This document shows positions 9,965-19,700 of a stretch of DNA of 64,000 nt, piece by piece. Position numbers and translations under genes: made by a program. This stretch comes from Balanoglossus misakiensis (Eukaryota > Animalia > Hemichordata). The number at the start of each line of letters is the position of its first letter. Position 1 is the stretch's first letter. Below the pieces are notes generated by a model. That model made no database searches and was not told where the DNA came from. It saw only the letters and a list, made by a program, of their open reading frames with translations. The stretch is taken from assembly GCA_040954595.2 (NCBI GenBank), contig JBECUI020000046.1, positions 19,389 to 83,388 of the forward strand. The letters are read 5' to 3'.

Positions 9965-12900
9965 ATGAGTTATAAAGCATTCTTGATTGCTATTAGTGTT
10001 GTGTTAGTTGTTGTTCTTTCAGCTTGTGGGGGTGCATCTGGAGGAGGGGGAGAAACGATAGTTGTTGACCCGGCAACGGGAGTACGTGCACAATTCGTAG
10101 CAGCCGATGCAATTACAGTTTCATGGTCTGCACCAAGTACAGGCACAGGCACCTATACGTACACCATAACCCTAAGTTCGGGAAATGCACCGGTACAAAC
10201 AACAGATGTAACTGGTACATCGCATACATTTTCAGGATTGCAGTTAAGTGCGGAAACAGTCTACACAGTAGAAGTCGTAGCCAAGCAGGGCACTTCTTCT
10301 TCTCAGGTAGCACGTTTTGATTTACCGGCAACCGGTAAGGTTGCAGAAGCAGGAACAAGCGTAAGCGATGTAGCAACTGCTGCAGGCAATGATGCTGCAA
10401 CTCAGATAAGGGTATCGTGGACAGCCCCGACTGGACGTAGCGATGTTCAGGGATATACAATCCAATTAACACCAACAGGTGGAGCAGCCTTAGATCCGAT
10501 TTCCGTTGCTGCTGGCGAGCTATCTACCCTTATTTCCAACCTTGATCCGGCAACGGAGTATGCAGTTGAGGTTACAGCAACCTATGCCGATGGAGCGAGT
10601 ACTTCCATACCTGCACCTGCCACCGTACAAACATCAGCCGAACAGCTGGGCACTTTGGAACCATCAGCATCTCAATCAGCCCGAACCATTACAGTTAGTT
10701 GGCAAGCCATTTCCTCCCGAGACCTGACCTATACGGTCTATTTGGCAACAACAGAGACCGGAATAATAGATGCGGCGAATGAGCAGGCAGCCCCATCCTT
10801 TCAAGCAGATTTATCCCTTTGGTCATTGACCATTGATGGGCTAGAACCGAATACCCCCTATTACATTGTTGTTACCGTACCGAGCGAAAACATAGAAAGT
10901 GCTCCTTTGCAGGTAACAACATTTGGATTGGAGGCAGTAGCCCCCAATATGGTGAGCAACATTGTAAAGGATGATACCGAGAAGACAGCAGGCAACCTCA
11001 AGCTGAACTGGCAGGACTCACGAGGAACAAATACGAATGGGGATACTGTTGAAAGCATTTACACTGTAGAGTATCAAAAGGTGGGAACATCGGACGCCCC
11101 ACTCAGTCAAGTGGGCACGAGTGCCCCGACACTTACCTTAACCGGGCTGGAAGAAGCGACCGATTACGCTATTCGTATAGAGGCAGTAAACAGTTTTAAT
11201 TCCGATTTAGTAAGTGAGACCGACCCACCTGTAGTTCTTACCAGCAACGGTATTAAACCTCTGCTTATTCAGCAAAATGGCGTGGACCTAACTACTCTGA
11301 CCTTGGCAATAGCCGAGGGAGCGATCCTAAGTGTTCCCTCATCGGTTTTTGTTAATGTAGAGAATACGAATATTGATTGGGAAAGTAGTAACGAACAGGA
11401 AGTTTCGGTGCTGAATGGAGAGATAAGGGCATTGGCAGTTACCGATGGCGTAACAATTACGGCGACATCAAATGCAGATGCGAGTAAAACTGCAACGGTT
11501 ACAGTACAGGTAACAGGGTTTGTGGATGTGCAGAGATCATCGGCAGCAAGACGCATTACAGTTCGCTGGGAACCAATTTCAGCAGCAGAACTTACATACA
11601 CCGTCTATCTGGCAACTGCGGAAGCAGGATTAATTGATAATGCCAACAAGCAAGATGCACCGACACTGGATCCGGGTACTGCTTGGTGGACATTGGATAT
11701 TACCGGATTAACCCCGGAAACATCCTACTATGTAGTGGTGCAAGCGGAGGGTCAAGGAGGTGCAACGGCAACAAGTGCGATCTTAACAATAGACACACGA
11801 GCCTCAGGTGTTTCGGCTCCTGATGCGGTTTCAGGAATAGTCAAAGATAATACGGAGAAGGGGCAAGGAAACTTAAAAATTAACTGGCTTGTCTCAGAAG
11901 GAACCGATGATGACGGCAATCCAATTGCAAGCACGTACAATGTTGAGTATCAAAATCTGAGATCAAACGAATTGTTCACTCAAGAAGGTATAACGGACAC
12001 GACTCTTACATTAACAGGCTTGGACGAAGCGACCGATTACGCTATTCGTATAGAGGCAGTGCATAGCGTTGATATAACTAAAGCGAGCCCTTGGACAGAA
12101 CCGCCTGTAACCCTTACCAGCAACGGTATTCGTACACTTGAGATACGAGATGCCAATGGCAATGAGATCCCCGGGAACACGTTGACCCTTCCTGTTGGAC
12201 AGCAAAAAACCCTAACAGTTCCTGCATCATTGTTTATCAATGTTGCTGATGCCAATGTAAATTGGACAAGTTCCGATGAAACAAAGGCAACAGTAACAGG
12301 AGGAGTTGTTTCTGCAGTCTCAGACGGTACGGCAACCATTACGGCAGCAGCAGCGGCAGATTCCACAAACACGGCAACTGTAACGGTAACTGTGCCCGGA
12401 TTAGAGAACGTCATCCTGTATGACCCGGCAACGCTTACAGCTACCTATCCGGTTACCACAGCAGTCCTAGGAGCAAATCCGCAAGGACTTCCGGTTGCCG
12501 GTCTGGAACTATCCTATACGGGAACACTAAGCGACGGAAATCCATTACCTGTAGGCATAAGCCTTGCATCGGATGGAACCATTAGTCTGGATTCGGATGC
12601 AGAACTTGGTACATCCACACTCAGCATTACAGCAACAGCAGATGGCTATACCAGTAGTGCAACCCAAGACCTAACAGTAACGGTAGAATCCCCACAAGTA
12701 AGAGAGTTTGTTATAGAATCTGAACCATCAGCAACAAGCATAGTACTGACTTGGGCACCCATCGTTGATATTGATGTAACCTACACCGTCTATTTTTCTG
12801 ATACGAGTACTGATATAGAAAACCCAGCCAATGAACAGGCAGCCCCGACACTAGTCGAAGGGAAATGGACAGTTATCATTGATAATTTGCTCCCGGAGAC

Positions 12901-15900
12901 TGACTACTATGTAGTCATTAAGGCGTTCTTAACCGGCGGCATTGTAGATGAAACAAGCCCCACTCAAACGGTAAGGACAAACGCATCTGGTGCGACTGCA
13001 CCGGGGGTAGTCAATAAGGATACTATTACGAAGGATAATGCGGTAAGCGAGAAAGGAACCCTTGCTCTGAACTGGGATGCCGCTACTCGTGGAACAGATC
13101 TAAACGGTAATTTAGTTGCGAACACCTACACCGTCCAGTATCGGGTAGAAGGCGAAAGCGCTTGGATCAATGGAGGAACAGTTGCGACACCGAGCATAAC
13201 CATAACCTCTCTTGATGAAGCAAGCCCGTATGAGATCCAAATTCGTACGAAGAATTCTAGCGATCCTAGCATGGAAAGTGCGTGGACAGCTCCGGTTACA
13301 TTAGTCAGTAACGGTATAGGACAGCTGGAGATACATGACAATAACGGAAAGATAACGGAACTGACCATAGATGTTAATCAAACAAAACAGCTACTAGTTC
13401 CCCATAGATTCTTTGTTAATGTGGCAAATACGAATATACTCTGGACAAGTTCCGATGAAACAAAGGCAACAGTAACACCAGCAGGCGTTATTTCTGCAGT
13501 CTCGGACGGTACGGCAACCATTACGGCAACAGCAGAGGCAGATCCTACAAAATCTGCAATGGTAACGGTAACCATGCCCGGATTAGAGAATGTTATCCTC
13601 TACAACACCGATAGCATTGCAACTCTTTTTGGTCAAGAGCACGGACTCGATCCATCTCCACAAAATTTACCGGCAGGTACAGTATTATCGTATACTGCCA
13701 CACTTGAAAACGGCCTTCCTTTACCTGCTGGCGTAACTGTAGGAGCAGATGGGCGTATAATTGTTTTAGGAACTACTCAGGTGGATACCTATCAGATAGT
13801 GGTAACAGCCACTGCTAATGGATATAATAATCCTGTATCACAGACAATAACCCTAACTGTTACTACGTTGAGACTTACAGGATCGTTTTTGCATGGGGAT
13901 AGCATAGTCGCGGAAGGGTTTTCACTGGAGCTTACCGAGAATACTTTGAATGATCCTGCTCCCCGCTGGAGCATGACGGGCAATCCCTCCGGCATGACCA
14001 TTAATGCGGCAACTGGTACGATAACAGTGGATAATACAGTTCCCCAGGGCCCAGTAACAGTAACGATTACCGCAACAGCTACAAGCACCGGATATTCGGG
14101 GGAGATAAGCATAGAGATAATAGTGTCCGTAAAAACAGCTATAATGGGAACGTTTAGTTACGGGGCGAATCCCGAAGTAATAGCAGGAACATCGCTTGAA
14201 CTTACTGTGAATACCATTAATGATCCAAATCCGATATGGAGCATAAGTGATATTCCGGGCATATCCATTGGAAACGACGGAAGAATAACAGTAACAGAGG
14301 CTGTTTCTGATAGTCAGTATACAGTAGACGTTACGGCAACTTCGTCCCCGACTGGCAACTATCTTGGAAGCATTGTTTTGGAAGATATTGTTCTGACCAT
14401 TAAAAAACCTTTTGAGGGGCAGTTCATGTACGAAGATCGTTTATCAGTATTGGTAGGAGATACGAAAAATTTTAGCTTATTTCCCTCCGAGCCACAGTAC
14501 ACACTTCCTCTTCCTGTAGATTCTGTAATATGGAGCCTCGTGGTAACGCCTCCCCAGGGAGCGAACATGCCGATCGGAGCTATTACCATTAATCAGTCGA
14601 ACGGAGGCTTGCAAGTATTGGATTCCTTGTCTGCAGGGCAGTATACGCTAACAATTACTGCTGCTCCGCCAATATCTGACTTTTTTGTTGGAACTGTTAC
14701 CATTGACTATATATTATATGTAATATCAAGTTCTATTGAATATAAGGCTGATTTTGATATTGAAGAACAAGGGTACTTTAGTATGGGAGACATTGATAAC
14801 CCTTTCCTCTTTTTGACGGGAGAAAGCACGGCTGACGGATTAACAGCCAGCTTGCTTATAACAGATCTAGTAACGAATACTGATGTCTACACTGCTACTA
14901 ATGATGCTACCTTGCTTACAGTTTCGGAGGATGAAAACGGATTTCCTATTGTAGGTTTTGGTCCACAAATGACGTATTCCAATTGGCAAAGCATAACGGG
15001 CGATCAAGTTCGTATAGTAGCAACCTTAAATCGTCCATTAGCATCAGGTGGGCAAGTTTCGCTTACCCTTCAGAAGAGCAAACGCCCTGAAGGAGAGATT
15101 CATACTTGGCGAGATCTTCAGGCCATTCGGCATAAGACTAACCGCTCATATCAAATAATGAAAGATATTAGGTTTCCGGCACCCGGGACCTATGCCTTTC
15201 CGACTGAGGGCTTGATACTTTTTTCTTTCAGCTCTAACTTAGATGGTCAAGGTCATACCATTGAAGATCTGTACATCCATAGGACAGGAGTTGACAATGT
15301 CGGACTCATTAGCCAGATAGGGAGTGGTAGACGGATTACAAATTTGGTATTGGTCAATCCTCATGTTTATGGACGAGATTATGTTGGTGCTATAGTAGGT
15401 CAAGCAGGTCGGAATAGTGTAATATCAAACATTAGCATAGTAACTGACGATCCTACTGTGCCACATATTTCCGGTAGAGACCAAGTTGGAGGTATTACGG
15501 GTTATGCTGAAGGCACAAGTATTGTTGGAATTCGATCGACTGCATCTGTTTACGGCAATGAGGCCGTAGGTGGCATTGCAGGAAAGATTCAGCGATATGT
15601 TTCAAGAGGTATCGAACAGAATCCTATTGTCGTGATAGGAAGTGTTACTGGAGGCGCTATAATAAGTGGGACGAATAATCTTGGTGGATTAGCAGGTCTG
15701 GTTACCTACCATACGACCGGCACTGCCTCACGTATGTTTGGTTATACGGATGTTCATCTTTCGTTACGATCTTCGACATCTCGTAGAGCTGGTTCACTTG
15801 TAGGAACTATGTACGCCGCCACAACCGGATATTCTGTTGGCACTGGGTCTGGGGGGCAGACTCCTACAGGTTTAGCAGGAGAGAAGTTAGGTGCACCACT

Positions 15901-16375
15901 AACGGGCTTCACAACGTTTAGGAGCCCGGCAAGTTTATTTGCCCTTGTATTTACCGTGTACAACGGGCAGCAGGCTTGGAACATTGCCTCCGTCTATGCT
16001 GATCAGAATGTGGTATCTGGTAACCTGTTAATGAGCACTACTACTAGTTTTCTTAATCAAAATGCCCATCGAAGTGATGATTTTGAACAATGGGTTTCTG
16101 CTGAAGCCAACCTAGTACGGCGTGGAGCAGGAACAGGAACCGATCCCTACACCTACTGGGACACAAAGGGTACCACAGATGTAGTCGATGACCTACAAGT
16201 CTTTAATACTGCTCAGTGGACAATACATGATAGTTTTGGTTCGACAGACTATAGTGGAAGCACTCCTTCCGAGATAGGCGACTGGGTCTGGGTAGGTGAC
16301 GGCAGATGGCCAAGTCTCTGGGATACAGCAGATAGATTCTTTTTTGGTGAACAGCCCGAATACAAGGCACAGTAG
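9965..16375 (+). CDS. giant surface lipoprotein 1 (2136 aa): Fn3 and Ig-like stalk, glycine-rich GLUG-like beta-helical head
   Basis: lipobox VLSA-C then Gly/Ser tether; Fn3 motifs (W..P, L..L.P.T.Y.V.V.A); Big_2-like WTSSDETKATV..G.V.AVSDGTATIT; head with repeated VGGIxG. Confidence 0.85.
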   Translation: MSYKAFLIAISVVLVVVLSACGGASGGGGETIVVDPATGVRAQFVAADAITVSWSAPSTGTGTYTYTITLSSGNAPVQTTDVTGTSHTFSGLQLSAETVYTVEVVAKQGTSSSQVARFDLPATGKVAEAGTSVSDVATAAGNDAATQIRVSWTAPTGRSDVQGYTIQLTPTGGAALDPISVAAGELSTLISNLDPATEYAVEVTATYADGASTSIPAPATVQTSAEQLGTLEPSASQSARTITVSWQAISSRDLTYTVYLATTETGIIDAANEQAAPSFQADLSLWSLTIDGLEPNTPYYIVVTVPSENIESAPLQVTTFGLEAVAPNMVSNIVKDDTEKTAGNLKLNWQDSRGTNTNGDTVESIYTVEYQKVGTSDAPLSQVGTSAPTLTLTGLEEATDYAIRIEAVNSFNSDLVSETDPPVVLTSNGIKPLLIQQNGVDLTTLTLAIAEGAILSVPSSVFVNVENTNIDWESSNEQEVSVLNGEIRALAVTDGVTITATSNADASKTATVTVQVTGFVDVQRSSAARRITVRWEPISAAELTYTVYLATAEAGLIDNANKQDAPTLDPGTAWWTLDITGLTPETSYYVVVQAEGQGGATATSAILTIDTRASGVSAPDAVSGIVKDNTEKGQGNLKINWLVSEGTDDDGNPIASTYNVEYQNLRSNELFTQEGITDTTLTLTGLDEATDYAIRIEAVHSVDITKASPWTEPPVTLTSNGIRTLEIRDANGNEIPGNTLTLPVGQQKTLTVPASLFINVADANVNWTSSDETKATVTGGVVSAVSDGTATITAAAAADSTNTATVTVTVPGLENVILYDPATLTATYPVTTAVLGANPQGLPVAGLELSYTGTLSDGNPLPVGISLASDGTISLDSDAELGTSTLSITATADGYTSSATQDLTVTVESPQVREFVIESEPSATSIVLTWAPIVDIDVTYTVYFSDTSTDIENPANEQAAPTLVEGKWTVIIDNLLPETDYYVVIKAFLTGGIVDETSPTQTVRTNASGATAPGVVNKDTITKDNAVSEKGTLALNWDAATRGTDLNGNLVANTYTVQYRVEGESAWINGGTVATPSITITSLDEASPYEIQIRTKNSSDPSMESAWTAPVTLVSNGIGQLEIHDNNGKITELTIDVNQTKQLLVPHRFFVNVANTNILWTSSDETKATVTPAGVISAVSDGTATITATAEADPTKSAMVTVTMPGLENVILYNTDSIATLFGQEHGLDPSPQNLPAGTVLSYTATLENGLPLPAGVTVGADGRIIVLGTTQVDTYQIVVTATANGYNNPVSQTITLTVTTLRLTGSFLHGDSIVAEGFSLELTENTLNDPAPRWSMTGNPSGMTINAATGTITVDNTVPQGPVTVTITATATSTGYSGEISIEIIVSVKTAIMGTFSYGANPEVIAGTSLELTVNTINDPNPIWSISDIPGISIGNDGRITVTEAVSDSQYTVDVTATSSPTGNYLGSIVLEDIVLTIKKPFEGQFMYEDRLSVLVGDTKNFSLFPSEPQYTLPLPVDSVIWSLVVTPPQGANMPIGAITINQSNGGLQVLDSLSAGQYTLTITAAPPISDFFVGTVTIDYILYVISSSIEYKADFDIEEQGYFSMGDIDNPFLFLTGESTADGLTASLLITDLVTNTDVYTATNDATLLTVSEDENGFPIVGFGPQMTYSNWQSITGDQVRIVATLNRPLASGGQVSLTLQKSKRPEGEIHTWRDLQAIRHKTNRSYQIMKDIRFPAPGTYAFPTEGLILFSFSSNLDGQGHTIEDLYIHRTGVDNVGLISQIGSGRRITNLVLVNPHVYGRDYVGAIVGQAGRNSVISNISIVTDDPTVPHISGRDQVGGITGYAEGTSIVGIRSTASVYGNEAVGGIAGKIQRYVSRGIEQNPIVVIGSVTGGAIISGTNNLGGLAGLVTYHTTGTASRMFGYTDVHLSLRSSTSRRAGSLVGTMYAATTGYSVGTGSGGQTPTGLAGEKLGAPLTGFTTFRSPASLFALVFTVYNGQQAWNIASVYADQNVVSGNLLMSTTTSFLNQNAHRSDDFEQWVSAEANLVRRGAGTGTDPYTYWDTKGTTDVVDDLQVFNTAQWTIHDSFGSTDYSGSTPSEIGDWVWVGDGRWPSLWDTADRFFFGEQPEYKAQ

Positions 16376-16420
16376 AAATCAGTAGAAATCAATAGAAATC
16401 GATAGAATCCGATAGATAGC
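16371..16420 (+). repeat. five imperfect 10-bp tandem repeats (consensus xxTAGAAATC) beginning at the stop codon
   Basis: agtagaaatc agtagaaatc aatagaaatc gatagaatcc gatagatagc. Confidence 0.85.
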
Positions 16421-16449
16421 AGCGGAGCATAGCCTCCGCTGCTTTTTTT
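16418..16449 (+). terminator. intrinsic terminator of lipoprotein 1
   Basis: AGCAGCGGAG-catagc-CTCCGCTGCT followed by a T run. Confidence 0.9.
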
Positions 16450-16491
16450 GTTTGAGGTAGAGCCAAAAAATCAAGTAAAATATGCACCTAC

Positions 16492-16608
16492 TTCAATCAA
16501 AACCGCACATTTTGCAGTAGTTCTTAATACCACCCCTGATGGGTGGGGGTTGTGGATGGGGGCATTATACAAAAAAATTGATAAATATCCGCACCCACTT
16601 CAATCAAA
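16492..16608 (+). repeat. one long (107 bp) G-rich repeat unit plus terminal partial unit
   Basis: same unit as 9550-9658; next TTCAATCAAA at 16599. Confidence 0.92.
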
Positions 16609-16631
16609 CATGTATATTTTGCTTTAGGGGC

Positions 16632-16660
16632 TTGTCGTTTGCATATTTTGATACTATAAT
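16632..16660 (+). promoter_or_regulatory. sigma70-type promoter of giant lipoprotein 2
   Basis: TTGTCG-N17-TATAAT. Confidence 0.75.
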
Positions 16661-16720
16661 ATATGACTGTATAAAAAATATACCTAAGTACATTACTCAA
16701 TAAAAACAGAGAGGTTATAA

Positions 16721-19700
16721 ATGAGTTATAAAGCATTGTTGATTGCTATTAGTGTTGTGTTAGTTGTTGTTCTTTCAGCTTGTGGGGGTGCATCTGGAGG
16801 AGGGGGAGAAACGATAGTTGTTGACCCGGCAACGGGAGTACGAGCACAGTTCGTAGCAGCCGATGCAATTACAGTTTCATGGTCTGCACCGAGTACAGGC
16901 ACAGGCACCTATACGTACACCATAACCCTAAGTTCGGGAAATGCACCGGTACAAACAACAGATGTAACTGGTACATCGCATACATTTTCAGGATTGCAGT
17001 TAAGTGCGGAAACAGTCTACACAGTAGAAGTCGTAGCCAAGCAGGGCACTTCTTCTTCTCAGGTAGCAAGTGTTGATTTACCGGCAACCGGTACGGTTGC
17101 AGAAGCAGGAACAAGCGTAAGCGATGTAGCAACTGCTGCAGGCGATGATGCTGCAACTCAGATAAGGGTATCGTGGACAGCCCCGACTGGACGTAGCGAT
17201 GTTCAGGGATATACAATCCAATTAACACCAACAAGTGGAGCAGCCTTAGAACCTATTTCCGTTGCTGCTGGCGAGCTATCTACCCTTATTTCCAACCTTG
17301 ATCCGGCAACGGAGTATGCAGTTGAGGTTACAGCAATATATCCAAACGGAGATAGTACTTCCATACCGGCACCTGCCACCGTACAAACATCAGCCGAACA
17401 GCTGGGCACTTTGGAACCATCAGCATCTCAATCAGCCCGATCCATTACAGTTAGTTGGCAAGCCATTTCCTCCCGAGACCTGACCTATACGGTCTATTTG
17501 GCAACAACAGAGACCGGAATAATAGATGCGGCGAATGAGCAGGCAGCCCCATCCTTTCAAGCAGATTTATCCCTTTGGTCATTGACCATTGATGGGCTAG
17601 AACCGAATACTCCCTATTACATTGTTGTTACCGTACCGAGCGAAAACATAGAAAGTGCTCCTTTGCAGGTAACAACATTTGGATTGGAGGCAGTAGCCCC
17701 CAATATGGTGAGCAACATTGTAAAGGATGATGCCGAGAAGACAGCAGGCAACCTCAAGTTGAACTGGCAGGACTCACGAGGAACAGATACGAATGGGGAT
17801 CCTGTTGAAAGCATTTACACTGTAAAGTATCAAAAGGTGGGAACATCGGACGCCCCACTCAGTCAAGTGGGCACGAGTGACCCGACACTTACCTTAACTG
17901 GGCTGGAAGAAGCGACCGATTACGAGATTCGTATACAAGCAGTAAACAGTTTTAATTCCGATTTAGTAAGTGAGACCGACCCACCTGTAGTTCTTACCAG
18001 CAACGGTATTAAACCTCTGCTTATTCAGCAAAATGGCGTGGACCTAACTACTCTGACCTTGGCAATAGCCGAGGAGCGATCCTAAGTGTTCCCTCATCGG
18101 TTTTTGTTAATGTAGAGAATACGAATATTGATTGGGAAAGTAGTAACGAACAGGAAGTTTCGGTGCTGAATGGAGAGATAAGGGCATTGGCAGTTACCGA
18201 TGGCCTAACAATTACGGCGACATCAAATGCAGATGCGAGTAAAACTGCAACGGTTACAGTACAGGTAACAGGGTTTGTGGATGTGCAGAGATCATCGGCA
18301 GCAAGACGCATTACAGTTCGCTGGGAACCAATTTCAGCAGCAGAACTTACATACACCGTCTATCTGGCAACTGCGGAAGCAGGATTAATTGATAATGCCA
18401 ACAAGCAGGATGCACCGACACTGGATCCGGGTACTGCTTGGTGGACATTGGATATTACTGGATTAACCCCGGAAACATCCTACTATGTAGTGGTGCAAGC
18501 GGAGGGTCAAGGAGGTGCAACGGCAACAAGTGCGATATTAACAATAGACACACGAGCCTCAGGTGTTTCGGCTCCCGATGCGGTTTCAGGAATAGTCAAA
18601 GATAATACGGAGAAGGGGCAAGGAAACTTAAAAATTAACTGGCTTGTCTCAGAAGGAACCGATGACGACGGCAATCCAATTGCAAGCACGTACAATGTTG
18701 AGTATCAAAATCTGAGATCAAACGAATTGTTCACTCAAGAAGGTATAACGGACACGACTCTTACACTAACAGGCTTGGACGAAGCGACCGATTACGCTAT
18801 TCGTATAGAGGCAGTGCATAGCGTTGATATAACTAAAGCGAGCCCTTGGACAGAACCGCCTGTAACCCTTACCAGCAACGGTATTCGTACACTTGAGATA
18901 CGAGATGCCAATGGCAATGAGATCCCCGGGAACACGTTGACCCTTCCTGTTGGACAGCAAAAAACCCTAACAGTTCCTGCATCATTGTTTATCAATGTTG
19001 CTGATGCCAATGTAAATTGGACAAGTTCCGATGAAACAAAGGCAACAGTAACAGGAGGAGTTGTTTCTGCAGTCTCAGACGGCACGGCAACCATTACGGC
19101 AGCAGCAGCGGCAGATTCAACAAACACGGCAACTGTAACGGTAACTGTGCCCGGATTAGAGAACGTCATCCTGTATGACCCGGCAACGCTTACAGCTACC
19201 TATCCGGTTACCACTGCAGTCCTAGGAGCAAATCCGCAAGGACTTCCGGTTGCCGGTCTGGAACTATCCTATACGGGAACACTAAGCGACGGAAATCCAT
19301 TACCTGTAGGCATAAGCCTTGCATCGGATGGAACCATTAGTCTGGATTCGGATGCAGCAGTTGGTACATCCACACTCAGCATTACAGCAACAGCAGATGG
19401 CTATACCAGTAGTGCAACCCAAGACCTAACAGTAACGGTAGAATCCCCACAAGTAAGAGAGTTTGTTATAGAATCTGAACCATCAGCAACAAGCATAGTA
19501 CTGACTTGGGCACCCATCGTTGATATTGATGTAACCTACACCGTCTATTTTTCTGATACGAGTACTGATATAGAAAACCCAGCCAATGAACAGGCAGCCC
19601 CGACACTAGTCGAAGGGAAATGGACAGTTACCATTGATAATTTGCTCCCGGAGACTGACTACTATGTAGTCATTAAGGCGTTCTTAACCGGCGGCATTGT

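Noticed and set aside
9732-9980. Minus-strand ORFs repeated before each lipoprotein (also 16524-16736, 22717-22950)
   Set aside because: They run antisense through the promoter and repeats, change frame with repeat content, and have no RBS or protein-like features
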